Source: Thermodesulfobacteriota bacterium (GTDB lineage Bacteria > Desulfobacterota_D > UBA1144 > Nemesobacterales > Nemesobacteraceae). From it: a stretch of DNA of 64,000 bases. Below the pieces are notes generated by a model. It did not search any database, was not told the DNA's origin, and saw nothing but the letters and a program-made list of their open reading frames with translations. The translations under genes were made by a program, and so were the position numbers. How positions within the stretch are numbered: position 1 is the first letter of the stretch; every line of letters starts with the position of its first letter. The stretch covers positions 1,399,904 through 1,463,903 of the forward strand of contig OZ252213.1 in the NCBI GenBank assembly GCA_965249045.1, read 5' to 3'. Positions 28,276 through 39,132 of the stretch are shown here, in pieces.

Positions 28276-29158
28276 GCCATCTTACTATAATGTCGCCCAT
28301 TTCTTCTTCCTTTCCATCGAGATTGTGACCCGTGTTAAGATAATAGGCGGAAACATCATCATTTCCGTTATCTATGGCTATCTGTGCAAGGTTGTAGGTT
28401 TCATCGGGTTTTACAAACGCATCGTTCCAGCCTTGTATAAGAAGAATCGGCAGCTTTATGTTTTCTATCTGCCTATAGCTCTTTACGGCTGTTGCCTCCG
28501 GACCGGCGAGAAACCACCATGTCTTGTATGTATATATCTCCGTGTGCTCAGGCTGGTAAGAGTTTCCCCTAGCCTTGAAAATAAGAATCGTCCTGTCTTG
28601 TTTTGAATCATGGGGTTTATCGCCAAGTATCGTTTTCGCCTCCTCATACACCTCATCGTAAGAAGGCTGACTTTCCCACTTGTTCCATCTTCTCCTTATC
28701 GAGTCGGGAATCGAATACGGAGTAGCAAGCGCAATTACGCCCTTTAGCAGGCCTAATTCATCGGAATCCGGCTGGCGGCTTTTCACCGAAAGATATCTAA
28801 GAACCACCCCTCCCCCCAGACTATAGCCCGAAACGATGATTCTCTCATACCCGATCTCACCCAAGTACCTCACTACCCCGTCTATCTGCGGAATGGTGTC
28901 GTCCACTATTCCAAAACCGAAGAAAAGCCCGAAATTGGCCATTCTGGTATTTATCGAGATAGACGAATAGCCGGCCTTGGCAAAAATCGGCGGCAAAAAC
29001 CTCTGGCTTCCGTCAAGAAAATTTCCCAGAAACCCGTGAACATGAATAATTATAGTTTTTCTCTTGTCAGAGTCGTTGTTAAGCGCTCTGTAGTAAAGGG
29101 CGTTAACCCTCCCCTTCCCTACTGGTACGGAAATCAGCTCCTGCTCTACGTATTTCAT
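28256..29158 (-). CDS. Alpha/beta-hydrolase fold protein (GxSxG: GYSLGGG)
   Basis: 300 aa. Paralog of 27346..28275. Confidence 0.7.
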   Translation of the reverse strand: MKYVEQELISVPVGKGRVNALYYRALNNDSDKRKTIIIHVHGFLGNFLDGSQRFLPPIFAKAGYSSISINTRMANFGLFFGFGIVDDTIPQIDGVVRYLGEIGYERIIVSGYSLGGGVVLRYLSVKSRQPDSDELGLLKGVIALATPYSIPDSIRRRWNKWESQPSYDEVYEEAKTILGDKPHDSKQDRTILIFKARGNSYQPEHTEIYTYKTWWFLAGPEATAVKSYRQIENIKLPILLIQGWNDAFVKPDETYNLAQIAIDNGNDDVSAYYLNTGHNLDGKEEEMGDIIVRWLDRRFV

Positions 29159-29301
29159 TATTAAACGCGGTTGTTTTTAAAAAACACTGATATTATAAAG
29201 ATCGACCGGGCAAGTCAATAGCATCCGTGACGAATTCCGACACCTGAGAAGAACGGCAAAGTTAAAAGACGCACCGAACCCAAAACTTGCGAGTGACAAA
29301 T

Positions 29302-29622
29302 TCAATGGTCTGCAAGTTCCATCGCGACTGAATCGGGGTTTTCCATCAGAAAATCCGCTTTTTTCTTTGCTTCCATCCAGTCTGACGCCTCTCCCACTTT
29401 TATGAGAGTGTTTTCCAAAGTGGCTTTCAAGAAAAGATCCCCCGTCCCCTTGTTCCAGAAGATCTGCCAGTTGTCGCCCCGAAAACCCCTTAGCCATCCG
29501 AAGGGAAAAAACCCTGAATAATCATCAATGGACTTCATCCACCGGTTCTCCATTTGTGCACTGTAGAGATAAAAACTGGGTAAAAAATACCCTCTGGTCT
29601 CACCACCAAAAGCGTTTTCCAA
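29302..29622 (-). CDS. Hypothetical Trp-rich small protein, 83-106 aa depending on start
   Basis: The ORF lies between nth and the hydrolase genes on the same strand: ...MENRWMKSIDDYSGFFPFGWLRGFRGDNWQIFWNKGTGDLFLKAT.... I recognise no family, and alternative overlapping ORFs exist. Confidence 0.3.
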   Translation of the reverse strand: MENAFGGETRGYFLPSFYLYSAQMENRWMKSIDDYSGFFPFGWLRGFRGDNWQIFWNKGTGDLFLKATLENTLIKVGEASDWMEAKKKADFLMENPDSVAMELADH

Positions 29623-29647
29623 AAAATCCTTTTAATTCCACAGGTCA

Positions 29648-30298
29648 TCATGACGCGTAAAGTTGTTCGAAGTACAAGCATATGTGTGATATCCCGCACT
29701 TTGAGCAGAGCGGTTTTCTCGCCTTGCAGATACTTCTTCCATGATCTCCGAGGGAATTCGAGAAAAATGTCCAGTCTCTTTCCGGAATACACTCCCTGAG
29801 ATCGAATTCAATTTTAACGGGGTCGGAATTTCGTGTAAGGCCCAGGCGGCGGCTTAACCTCATAATATGCGTGTCAACTATGACTCCGGGTTTTCTGAAA
29901 TGATTCCCTATTATAACGTTTGCAGTTTTCCTTCCGACTCCAGGAAGTTTGACCAACTCTTCCATTTTGCAGGGAACCTCTCCTGCGTGCATTTGTATTA
30001 TTTGCCGCGAACAGTTTATTATCGCTTTTGCCTTGTTTCTGTAGAAACCCGTTGATCTTATGTCATCTTGGAGTTCTTCTTCTGATGCCTGCGAAAAAGC
30101 TTTTAGATCCGGGTATTTGCGGAAAAGTCCTAGGGTTACCATATTTACTCGTTTATCCATGCACTGAGCGGAGAGAATAGACCCAATCAGAAGCTCTGAA
30201 GCGTTTTCAAAAACGAGATGACATTTTGCGTCGGGATAGGTTTTTTTTAGAAATCGAAGCACCTTACGTGCCTTCGCTTTTAAATCCCGGATATTCAT
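29648..30298 (-). CDS. nth: Endonuclease III (DNA glycosylase/AP lyase) with a [4Fe-4S] cluster
   Basis: HhH-GPD motif (LVKLPGVGRKTANVI) and the C-terminal Cys ligands (CKARKPLCSKCGISHIC). The likely start is MNIRDL at 30298. The listed ORF starts 48 codons earlier. Confidence 0.85.
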   Translation of the reverse strand: MNIRDLKAKARKVLRFLKKTYPDAKCHLVFENASELLIGSILSAQCMDKRVNMVTLGLFRKYPDLKAFSQASEEELQDDIRSTGFYRNKAKAIINCSRQIIQMHAGEVPCKMEELVKLPGVGRKTANVIIGNHFRKPGVIVDTHIMRLSRRLGLTRNSDPVKIEFDLRECIPERDWTFFSNSLGDHGRSICKARKPLCSKCGISHICLYFEQLYAS

Positions 30299-30491
30299 CT
30301 CGAACAGCAAAATATATACGCAAAACTTCTCAGGCCGCAAGCAGATAGGATTTGACGAGCAAGGGAAGTTGTAAGGTGTCTCCCCACACGCGACATTGAT
30401 CCGGACAGAAGACCTGCTCATAAACATAAGAAAGGGGGACATGAACTTCTCAGGTCCCCCTTTCTTATCTAGAGTTTTCTCTTACTGAAGT

Positions 30492-30758
30492 TCAGTCATT
30501 TCTGGCCGGCTCAAGGCCTTCTTTGCCCTCAAAAAAATCTTTGTTTATATCAATGAACTTCTGCCATTTCTCGGGCAATTCGTCTTCGTGAAATATGGCA
30601 TCCACCGGACATGGGTCAACACATGCTCCGCAGTCTATGCATTCATCGGGATGGATAATCAACTGATCATCTCCTTCATATATGCAATCCACCGGACATG
30701 CTTCGACACAAGCTTTGTCTTTCACTCCGATACATGGTTCAGCAATTATGTATGCCAT
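30492..30758 (-). CDS. Ferredoxin with 2x[4Fe-4S] or 7Fe cluster motifs
   Basis: 88 aa with two cysteine clusters ([14 protein letters not shown] and [12 protein letters not shown]). Confidence 0.85.
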   Translation of the reverse strand: MAYIIAEPCIGVKDKACVEACPVDCIYEGDDQLIIHPDECIDCGACVDPCPVDAIFHEDELPEKWQKFIDINKDFFEGKEGLEPARND

Positions 30759-30984
30759 TTTTGAAACCTCCGAACTGGCGCGTTTCTACCGTACAAACTT
30801 ATTTTCTCTATATTAACTAAAGCTCTTGCAAATAAAAGACACCCAATCAGGTGATTTTTTACTCTTCAGGCGTTTTTCCGGAATCTTTGAGTTCAGGGGC
30901 CACTTGGGCCGGAGCGGTATCGGCTAAGGAAGCAGGCGCTGATTTAGCATCCGCACCCGTTTTAACTTCGTGCAATTGTCCAGT

Positions 30985-31335
30985 TTATTCCACATCACGG
31001 GTCTGCCCCGGGGATTCTTCCGAAAGCTCCCCGGTTGGCTGAGAAAATTCCTCAAACACTTCGCTCGGCGATTTCTCCACAACCGAACCCGTTATCGACT
31101 TTATGGAAGTATAACCCAGAAAAAGAGAAGTAATTACAAATAGAAGCCCAAGAAGCCTCGTCATTTTCACGAGAAAGGGCATTGCTCCACTTGAACCAAA
31201 GACTGACTCTGAGCTTCCACCTCCGAACATTGAGCCTATGTCGCCAGATTTGCTCGGCTGAAGCAGTATGATCAGTACAATAAGCACACTGAGCACTATG
31301 TGAATAATTTTTACCGACGGTATCAAGAACTCCAA
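30985..31335 (-). CDS. secG: Preprotein translocase subunit SecG
   Basis: 116 aa with two TM helices and a Gly-rich loop (LLQPSKSGDIGSMFGGGSSESVFG). Confidence 0.8.
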   Translation of the reverse strand: MEFLIPSVKIIHIVLSVLIVLIILLQPSKSGDIGSMFGGGSSESVFGSSGAMPFLVKMTRLLGLLFVITSLFLGYTSIKSITGSVVEKSPSEVFEEFSQPTGELSEESPGQTRDVE

Positions 31336-31338
31336 TTT

Positions 31339-32136
31339 CTAACCCCCAAAGGATTTTATTATTCTGAAAAAAGAGTCGGCCGAAAGACTGGCTCCTCCAA
31401 CCAGAACTCCGTCAACTTCTTCAACGGACATAATCTCGGATATGCTACCCGTTTTAACGCTCCCGCCATATAGAATTTTTATATTATTGCCCGGACCGGG
31501 AAACATTTCAGTCAGAAATTCTCTTATATGTTGATGAATTTCAGCTATTTCCAAAGAAGTAGCGTTTTTCCCAGTCCCTATGGCCCAGACTGGTTCGTAC
31601 GCTATAACGATATCCGAGACCTGTTCTTCACCCAGAGAACGCAATGCACTTTCTATCTGAGCCTTTATCGGTGAAAAGAGGAGCCTTTTTCTCATCAAAG
31701 CGTCTTCACTTCTGCAGATTGCCTCCTCCCTCTCGGCCTCAGTTTCTCCCACACAGAGAATTATTTTCAAGCCGCAGGAAATTGAAATGGAGACCTTTTC
31801 GGTTATCTCTTCATCAGTTTCTCCAATTATGTGTCTTCTTTCGGAATGGCCGAGAATAACCCACCTACATCCAGCATCGATGAGCATCGGCGCAGACACC
31901 TCACCCGTAAAAGCTCCCCCAATCTTACCGAAAACGTTTTGAGCCCCAAGATCTATGTTTGAACCCGAGATACAGCCCCGTACTACGTCAAGAGCCGTGT
32001 AGGGAGGCACAAGCACTACCTGACAGGCATCATAGTCTTCTCCCAGCAGGTTGACTATTGAGCCGGACAACTCCTGTGCTTCCTCCCGGAGCAGGTTCAT
32101 TTTCCAGTTTCCAACAACAAGCTTTTTATCCATCTG
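31339..32136 (-). CDS. tpiA: Triosephosphate isomerase
   Basis: VVGNWKMN...GHSERR...AYEPVWAIGTG motifs. The likely start is MDKKLVV at 32136. Confidence 0.9.
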   Translation of the reverse strand, partial: QMDKKLVVGNWKMNLLREEAQELSGSIVNLLGEDYDACQVVLVPPYTALDVVRGCISGSNIDLGAQNVFGKIGGAFTGEVSAPMLIDAGCRWVILGHSERRHIIGETDEEITEKVSISISCGLKIILCVGETEAEREEAICRSEDALMRKRLLFSPIKAQIESALRSLGEEQVSDIVIAYEPVWAIGTGKNATSLEIAEIHQHIREFLTEMFPGPGNNIKILYGGSVKTGSISEIMSVEEVDGVLVGGASLSADSFFRIIKSFGG

Positions 32137-32230
32137 GTACCCTTTGACGAAAATTCGTCTTGTTCTAAAAACGCAGAAAGCTACTTCCTGATTACAATCA
32201 AGGCAAGTTTTTTTCTTTTTCGAAGAATAC

Positions 32231-33370
32231 TCATCCCAGAAACTCACCCAGTCTTCTTATGCCTTCCCTTATGGAATCAACTGAAGTCGTATAGGAAAAC
32301 CTCAGATAATCTCTTCCCCTGTCGCTGAAATCTATTCCGGGAGTTACACCCACGTGGCAGTTCTCGAGAATATCAAACGCGAGGCGCCAGGAGTCCCGGC
32401 TCCACCTGGAAGAATTCACAAAGACGTAAAATGCCCCCTTAGGCTCAACTGCAATATCAAATCCGATCGAGGAAAGTCCTTTTATCATTTCCTTCCTTCT
32501 TTTATCAAACTCGGCTACGATGGCTTCATTTTTGCCGCTTTTTTTCACTTTCTCAATAGCTTCGACTCCGGCTTTCTGAACGAAGGATCCGGCGGAGATA
32601 AAAAGGTTCTGCTGAAGTTTCTGCACATACCTTACGAGGTTCTTGGGAACTATCATGTAACCAAGACGCCAACCCGTCATGGAATAAAGTTTGGCAAAGC
32701 CGTTTATCGCTATGGATTCATCAGTGAATTCCAGAATCGAGTTAACGTGCGCACCGTAGACAAGACCGTGATATATTTCATCTGAGATCACAAAAAGACC
32801 CGTCTCGGACAGTTCCCGGAGAACATCCCTGTCCATAACCGCCCCGGTAGGATTAGCCGGAGAGTTTACCAGGATAGCCTTTGTTTTCTTGCCGATGTTT
32901 TTTCTGATTTCCGCAGGGTCAACTTGATAACCATCGCTTTCGTAAACGGGTATTTTCTTTGCGACCCCTCTCGCAACACTTATTATCTGCGGATAACATG
33001 CGTAATGGGGGTCCGTTATTAATATTTCATCACCGGGGTTAAGAACAGTCAGCATTGCCAGCAGAAGCGCGGGGGAACTGCCTATAGTTATTATTACCCT
33101 TTCATACCCGACTTCCACGCCGTAGGTACGGCTGTAATCCTCTGCGACGCTTTTGCGAAGCTCCTCAATTCCAAGGCTGCTTGTGTATTTTGTATAGCCT
33201 TTCTCTATCCAACGCACAGCGGCCGAGCATACCTCTTCTGGGGTATTGAAATCAGGTTCTCCGACCTCGAAATGGACGATATCCCGACCCTCATTCTCAA
33301 GCTGCTTTGCCCTTTCAAGGATATCCATTACGTAGAAAGGTTCTATGTTTTTAACCAGATCCGAAATCAT
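32231..33370 (-). CDS. Pyridoxal-phosphate-dependent aminotransferase, class I (aspartate/aromatic aminotransferase-like)
   Basis: Fold-type I aminotransferase sequence (…NPTG…, …SFSKLYSMTGWRLGY-like motif SMTGWRLGYM). The likely start is MISDLV at 33370. Confidence 0.8.
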   Translation of the reverse strand: MISDLVKNIEPFYVMDILERAKQLENEGRDIVHFEVGEPDFNTPEEVCSAAVRWIEKGYTKYTSSLGIEELRKSVAEDYSRTYGVEVGYERVIITIGSSPALLLAMLTVLNPGDEILITDPHYACYPQIISVARGVAKKIPVYESDGYQVDPAEIRKNIGKKTKAILVNSPANPTGAVMDRDVLRELSETGLFVISDEIYHGLVYGAHVNSILEFTDESIAINGFAKLYSMTGWRLGYMIVPKNLVRYVQKLQQNLFISAGSFVQKAGVEAIEKVKKSGKNEAIVAEFDKRRKEMIKGLSSIGFDIAVEPKGAFYVFVNSSRWSRDSWRLAFDILENCHVGVTPGIDFSDRGRDYLRFSYTTSVDSIREGIRRLGEFLG

Positions 33371-33408
33371 GTCACGAAAGCACCTGAAGAATCGAGTAGA
33401 ATGGGAAG

Positions 33409-33924
33409 TCAACCCCGCGTGGATACGAACCGCTCGTTAATCTGTTTTACAAGAAGATCTCTTTTAAGCCGTCCAAGCCTGTCAAAAAACAATATACCAT
33501 CAAGATGGTCAATTTCATGTTGAAGAACTCTTGACAGCATTCCATCAGCGTCAATGGTGAAACGCTTGCCTTCTCTGTCAAGGGCAGATACCCGAGCATG
33601 CTCTTTTCTTCTTATGTTCGCGAAAAACCCGGGTACGCTGAGGCAGCCTTCCTCTCCCGTTTGAAATCCACGGGAGGAAACAATCTCGGGATTTATAAGT
33701 TCATAAAACTCCCTCTTATTTTCTTCAGGCAAGGAAATATCGATAACGAGAACCCGGATATTCTTGCCGACTTGTGGGGCCGCAAGTCCAACGCCGTTAG
33801 CGTCACGCATTGTCTGTGCCATATCATCTAGAAGACGGTCCACGTCTTCGCTTAACTTCCCCACAGGAAGGGATTTCCTCTTTAACGCCGGGTCGGGGTA
33901 AACAAGGATATCAAGTACAGGCAT
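33409..33924 (-). CDS. def: Peptide deformylase
   Basis: GLAAPQVG, EGCLSVPG and HEIDHLDG motifs are present. Confidence 0.9.
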   Translation of the reverse strand: MPVLDILVYPDPALKRKSLPVGKLSEDVDRLLDDMAQTMRDANGVGLAAPQVGKNIRVLVIDISLPEENKREFYELINPEIVSSRGFQTGEEGCLSVPGFFANIRRKEHARVSALDREGKRFTIDADGMLSRVLQHEIDHLDGILFFDRLGRLKRDLLVKQINERFVSTRG

Positions 33925-33974
33925 CTGGGACGCTTACAAAAGAAGGGTTGTTAACAAACCCCGGCTGGGGTCTG

Positions 33975-34265
33975 TTACTTATCGCTCTGTTTTTCCGCAA
34001 GTTTCGGAGCAAGCCAGTTGCTTACCCTAAACAATGGAAGGGTTTTTTCGCCGATTTTTATTTTTTCGCCTGTTCTCGGATTTCTTCCTTCATAAGGCTG
34101 ATAGTTTTTTGTAAAAAAACTTCCGAAATGTCTTATCTCTATTCTCTCCCTGTCGCGAAGCATCCCAGTCATAGCATCGATTATGACATCCAGAACCTTT
34201 CTGGATTCTAGGGAATTAAGGTTAAATTTCCGTGAAAGTTCTTTTTCAATATCCGACTTTTTCAT
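33975..34265 (-). CDS. HU/IHF-family DNA-binding protein
   Basis: 96 aa with the beta-arm motif (RNPRTGEKIKIGEKTLPLFRVS). Confidence 0.8.
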   Translation of the reverse strand: MKKSDIEKELSRKFNLNSLESRKVLDVIIDAMTGMLRDRERIEIRHFGSFFTKNYQPYEGRNPRTGEKIKIGEKTLPLFRVSNWLAPKLAEKQSDK

Positions 34266-34366
34266 GAGACCTTGAAAAACAAGTAGAACTAGGACTTAGG
34301 ATTTCACTCTAGATATTTTAAAGCCGTTTGTCAAGTAAGCCTTCGATTTCGCAGAGAAATTTTTTC

Positions 34367-37300
34367 TCAGTATCCAAGATTCGGGCGGAGCCATTTTTCC
34401 GCTTCCTCAAGACTGATTTCCTTTCTTTTCGCATAATCCAGAACCTGGTCCTTCAGTATTTTCCCAAGAGAAAAATACCTTGATTCGGGATGGGCCATGT
34501 AAAAACCCGAAACCGAACTCGACGGGGTCATGGCGAAGCTTTCGGTAAGTGATACTCCCGTGTGTTTTTCCGCCTTGAGAAGGTCCCAGAGAATCTTCTT
34601 TTCCGTGTGATCAGGACAGGACGGGTACCCTGGAGCAGGCCTTATTCCCCTGTATTTTTCACTTATCAGGTCTTCGGAACTGAGCTTTTCCTCTTTCCCG
34701 TATCCCCAGAAGTCTCTTACTTTTTTATGGATCATTTCGGCAAGAGCCTCAGCTATTCTGTCTCCAAGCACGCTTGTCATAATCGAATTGTAATCATCCC
34801 CCTTTTCCTTGAAGTCCGCGGAAAATTTCTCAACCCCATCGCCTGCAGTTACCACAAAGCCCCCCATGTAATCTTCTCTGCCCGAGGCTTTTGGCGCTAT
34901 AAAATCGGAAAGACAATAAAAGTGCCCTTGTTTAGACCGTATTTCCTGCTGTCTTAGGAAATGGAGTATGGCCAGAACCCGTTTTTCCTCTCCATGGATT
35001 TCAACGTCGTCTCCGACACTGTTTGCGCGGAAGATTCCGACAACCGCACGGGGAGTGAAAACTTTCTCCAGGATTATCCGCTTAAGGAGCGCTTGGCCGT
35101 CCCGGTAAAGTTTTTTTGCCTGGCTTCCTCTTTTGGGGTGCTCAAGTATTTTCGGGAAAACCCCTTTGAGCTCCCACGCCCAGAAAAAAGGAGACCAGTC
35201 TATGTAACCGGCGACTTCTTCAAGTGAGATGGTGTCGAAGACAAAAACTCCAAGCCGCCCCGGGCGCTGTATTGCTATATTCTCCCATTCAGTCGGAAAT
35301 GCTTTTTCCCTTGCCTTTTCTATAGAAACATATTCCGCCTGGCCACGGGCTTTTTCAAAACGCTGCCTTTGCTCTGAGTTGCTTTTTTTAAGTTCCTCCA
35401 CGTAGGACCGGGTCTTTTCCGGATTCATTATGTCGTTACACACGCCTATAACAATGGAGGCATCGGGTATGTGGTCAACTATGCCGCTGTATCCAGGAGC
35501 TATTTTTATCGCCGTATGAGCCCTGCTTGTAGTAGCCCCGCCTATAAGAAGAGGGATATTAAGCCCCTCCCGTTCCATTTCTCTCGCGTTATACACCATC
35601 TCGTCAAGAGAAGGTGTAATCAGTCCGCTTAATCCTATGAAATCCGCTTGATGCTCTCTTGCAACGTTGAGTATTTTCTCGCAAGGAACCATTACCCCAA
35701 GGTCTATTACCTCATAGTTATTGCAACCGAGAACCACAGACACTATGTTCTTCCCTATATCGTGGACATCTCCCTTCACGGTGGCTATAACAAACTTCCC
35801 TTTGACTCCCCCGCTCCCCTTTTTTTCCTTTTCCATAAACGGCTGAAGGTATGCGACGGCCCTTTTCATCACTCTCGCGCTTTTCACCACTTGAGGAAGA
35901 AACATTTTGCCGTCACCAAACAGATTCCCCACTACTTTCATCCCATCCATGAGAGGACCCTCGATAACGTAAATAGGCGCTCCGTATTTGACCCTGGCCT
36001 CTTCCGCGTCATCCTCAATGAAATCCGCTATGCCGTTTACAAGGGAGTGCTCAAGACGTTTTTCAACCCCAAGTTCTCTCCATTGCCTAGTTTCTTTTTC
36101 CGCGCCCGCGGACTTCATACCTTCAAAACGTTTTGCGTACTCAACAAGACGCTCCGTGGCATCGGGATGACGGTTAAGAAGCACGTCTTCTACTCTTTCA
36201 AGAAGTTCAGGGTCAATATCGTCGTAAACAGTGAGCATCCCCGCGTTTACTATCCCCATGTCAAACCCGGCTTTTATCGCGTGGTAAAGAAATGCGCTGT
36301 GCATAGCTTCACGCACCATGTTGTTTCCCCTGAAGGAGAAGGATATGTTGCTTACTCCACCGCTTGTAAGCGCTTTGGGACAGGATTTTTTTATTTCCCT
36401 TACAGCTTCGATGAAATCCACGGCATACGAATTGTGTTCCTCTATCCCTGTTCCGACCGTAAGAACGTTGGGATCAAAAATTATATCGCAGGGGTCCATG
36501 CCCACTTTTTCGGTTAATATGCGGTAAGCCCTTTTGCAGACTGCTACCTTATCCTCTTTTGAGGCCGCCTGGCCTTTTTCGTCAAAAGCCATTACCACGA
36601 CCGAGGCACCGTAACGCATTGCCGCCTTTGCCTGCTGGCAGAACACCTCCTCGCCTTCCTTAAGACTTATGGAATTTACGATGCACTTGCCCTGAATACA
36701 TTTAAGCCCCCGCTCAATAACAGACCATTTCGAGCTGTCTATCATCACGGGTACCTTGACCACCTCGGGTTCCGACGCGATAAAATTAAGGAAACGCTCC
36801 ATACAGGCTTCAGAGTCAAGAAGCCCTTCATCGAAGTTGACATCTATTATGTTCGCCCCGTTTTCTACCTGCTGAAGAGCTATAGAAACGGCTCCTTCAA
36901 AATCTCCTTCCTTTACAAGCCTTGCGAACTTAGGAGAACCAGTAACATTGGTCCTCTCGCCAACCATTATGAAAGGCCCTTCGGCATCAGAGGTTATCCT
37001 AAGGGGCTCGAGGCCGCTTAGTCTGGTTACGCCTTTATAAACGGGGATCTTTCTTGGCGGAACATCTCCGAGTTTTTCCACAACCATTTCTATGTGTTCC
37101 GGAGTGGTGCCGCAGCATCCGCCGACTATATTTAGAAAACCGCTCTCCGCGAAATCCTGAAGAAGAGTAGAAGTAATCTCGGGAGTCTCGTCATATCCGG
37201 TTTCACTCAACGGATTGGGAAGCCCCGCATTTGGGTAGCAGCTTATGCAGCAGTCAGCTATTCGAGAGAGTTCTTCAATGTAAGGACGCATGTCTTCCGC

Positions 37301-38071
37301 CCCAAGCGCGCAGTTTATGCCGACGCTGAAGGGTTTTGCGTGGCGAACCGAGTTCCAGAAAGCCCCCACTGTCTGCCCTGAGAGGGTGCGCCCGGAACGA
37401 TCCGTTATGGTAACGGAAAGCATGACTGGAATCCTGTCCCCGCCGCGCGCATCGAAAAAGGTTTCAATGGCGTATATGGCCGCTTTGAGGTTCAGGGTGT
37501 CAAAAGTGGTCTCGGGCAGAAGTATATCAACCCCTCCCTCAACAAGAGCTTCTGCCTGCTCGCGGTAAGCCTCCACGAGCTGGTCAAAGGAAACCGCCCT
37601 GTAAGACGGATCGTTTACGTCAGGGGACATTGACGCAGTCTTGTTAGTCGGACCCAGTGCTCCGGCAACAAAACACGACCTATGGGGATTTTTCTCCATA
37701 AAGTCAGAAGCTGCCTTCTTTGCGAGTTTTGCCGACTCTACATTAAGGGTTCTCACCCAGCTTTCGAGGCCGTAATCGGCCTGAGCTATGGAGGTGGAAC
37801 TAAAGGTGTTGGTCTCAACTATATCGCAACCGGCTTCGAAGTATTTTCTGTGGATTTCATATATGACGTCGGGTCTTGTAAGGGAAAGGAGGTCGTTATT
37901 GCCCTTTAGATCCACCGGGTGATCAGAGAACAGATCTCCCCTGAAATCCTCTTCTTTGAGGTCGTGCCTTTGGATCATTGTGCCCATAGCGCCGTCGAGG
38001 AAAACTATTCTTTTATCCGCAAGAGCCTCGAGCCGCGCAGACACTTTTGTACACCTATCTTCCGTATTCAT
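34367..38071 (-). CDS. metH: Cobalamin-dependent methionine synthase
   Basis: 1234 aa with Hcy-binding, pterin-binding, B12-binding (DxHxxG region: [11 protein letters not shown]) and AdoMet reactivation domains. Confidence 0.95.
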   Translation of the reverse strand: MNTEDRCTKVSARLEALADKRIVFLDGAMGTMIQRHDLKEEDFRGDLFSDHPVDLKGNNDLLSLTRPDVIYEIHRKYFEAGCDIVETNTFSSTSIAQADYGLESWVRTLNVESAKLAKKAASDFMEKNPHRSCFVAGALGPTNKTASMSPDVNDPSYRAVSFDQLVEAYREQAEALVEGGVDILLPETTFDTLNLKAAIYAIETFFDARGGDRIPVMLSVTITDRSGRTLSGQTVGAFWNSVRHAKPFSVGINCALGAEDMRPYIEELSRIADCCISCYPNAGLPNPLSETGYDETPEITSTLLQDFAESGFLNIVGGCCGTTPEHIEMVVEKLGDVPPRKIPVYKGVTRLSGLEPLRITSDAEGPFIMVGERTNVTGSPKFARLVKEGDFEGAVSIALQQVENGANIIDVNFDEGLLDSEACMERFLNFIASEPEVVKVPVMIDSSKWSVIERGLKCIQGKCIVNSISLKEGEEVFCQQAKAAMRYGASVVVMAFDEKGQAASKEDKVAVCKRAYRILTEKVGMDPCDIIFDPNVLTVGTGIEEHNSYAVDFIEAVREIKKSCPKALTSGGVSNISFSFRGNNMVREAMHSAFLYHAIKAGFDMGIVNAGMLTVYDDIDPELLERVEDVLLNRHPDATERLVEYAKRFEGMKSAGAEKETRQWRELGVEKRLEHSLVNGIADFIEDDAEEARVKYGAPIYVIEGPLMDGMKVVGNLFGDGKMFLPQVVKSARVMKRAVAYLQPFMEKEKKGSGGVKGKFVIATVKGDVHDIGKNIVSVVLGCNNYEVIDLGVMVPCEKILNVAREHQADFIGLSGLITPSLDEMVYNAREMEREGLNIPLLIGGATTSRAHTAIKIAPGYSGIVDHIPDASIVIGVCNDIMNPEKTRSYVEELKKSNSEQRQRFEKARGQAEYVSIEKAREKAFPTEWENIAIQRPGRLGVFVFDTISLEEVAGYIDWSPFFWAWELKGVFPKILEHPKRGSQAKKLYRDGQALLKRIILEKVFTPRAVVGIFRANSVGDDVEIHGEEKRVLAILHFLRQQEIRSKQGHFYCLSDFIAPKASGREDYMGGFVVTAGDGVEKFSADFKEKGDDYNSIMTSVLGDRIAEALAEMIHKKVRDFWGYGKEEKLSSEDLISEKYRGIRPAPGYPSCPDHTEKKILWDLLKAEKHTGVSLTESFAMTPSSSVSGFYMAHPESRYFSLGKILKDQVLDYAKRKEISLEEAEKWLRPNLGY

Positions 38072-38156
38072 TCTCGCTCACCTTGTCGAGAGACCTTATA
38101 TTCTCCTTTTCCCGCCGGCAAACGCCGCTTTACAGGAAAAAAGAAAAGCACGGAGT

Positions 38157-38948
38157 CTACCATATGTTTCTGAGTTCTCTTAATTTTATGAAAACCGCCA
38201 TCGGATCATTCTCCAAAGACGGGTCTTTTTCCCTGAGCGCATCCAGGAGGGCCGGATCACCCGTTCTCATAAAGGGATTGTATGTTCTCTCCTCCCCTAG
38301 GGTTGACCGGGGAAACTTATCTTCGGGAATTTCCTCAAGCTTTTTCTTCGCATCTTCGTTCTCCGGAGCAAACTCAAGAGCGAACCTAAGATTAGTTTCC
38401 GCGTAGTCGTGACCGCAGAACATCCTTAGTCCGTCAGAAAGACTGGAAAGCTTAAAGGCAAAGGTCTCATAAAGATCCTCGACTTTCCCCCTGAACTTTA
38501 CGTTTCCGCATCCTGAGACAAATACCGTATCGCCCAGAAAGATGTTGTCACCGATTATAAAGGAGGTGTGTTCCGGGCAGTGCCCTGGAGTATGAATCAC
38601 CTGAAGTCGCTGCTTTCCGAACGATATCTCGTCTCCCTCCTCTATACCTTCGCTTCTTGGAGCAACGTGGTCGAGGGCCGTCGTATGAATAAGAATCTTC
38701 GAGGAGAGAAAAACCTTCGTTATGGGATTGTTTCCGTAAATGTGATCGGGATGCGCGTGGGTGTTCAGGACGTATTTAACCCTGTAGTCCCTCTCTCTTA
38801 TGATTTTCAGAAGAGTGACCGGGTCAAGCGGGTCTATTACCACGCATTGCCCCGTTTCCTCGCACGCCACCAGGTAATTGTAGTTGCTGTCGCTTTCGCT
38901 GACCTTGAAGCCGTGTATTGAGAATCCGTCCTCGCTAAGTACGTTCAT
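38157..38948 (-). CDS. MBL-fold metallo-hydrolase (hydroxyacylglutathione hydrolase-like)
   Basis: HxHxDH motif (NTHAHPDHIYGN) and downstream metal ligands. The start is uncertain; I chose MNVLSEDG. Confidence 0.75.
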   Translation of the reverse strand: MNVLSEDGFSIHGFKVSESDSNYNYLVACEETGQCVVIDPLDPVTLLKIIRERDYRVKYVLNTHAHPDHIYGNNPITKVFLSSKILIHTTALDHVAPRSEGIEEGDEISFGKQRLQVIHTPGHCPEHTSFIIGDNIFLGDTVFVSGCGNVKFRGKVEDLYETFAFKLSSLSDGLRMFCGHDYAETNLRFALEFAPENEDAKKKLEEIPEDKFPRSTLGEERTYNPFMRTGDPALLDALREKDPSLENDPMAVFIKLRELRNIW

Positions 38949-39132
38949 CCGAGCCTCCTTTTCGCGTGAAAGTGTACCTGAAAGCCTCATTGCGAATAAA
39001 AGACCGGAGACGCGCACTGCGGGTGAGCTGAGCAAAGAACTCCTTGACACCTACCGTGTTAGTCGCGGAATTTCTTTGACATCAAAAGCCGTTAGGGTAG
39101 TTTTTACTCCCGATTGACATTTTGGAGGCGTC

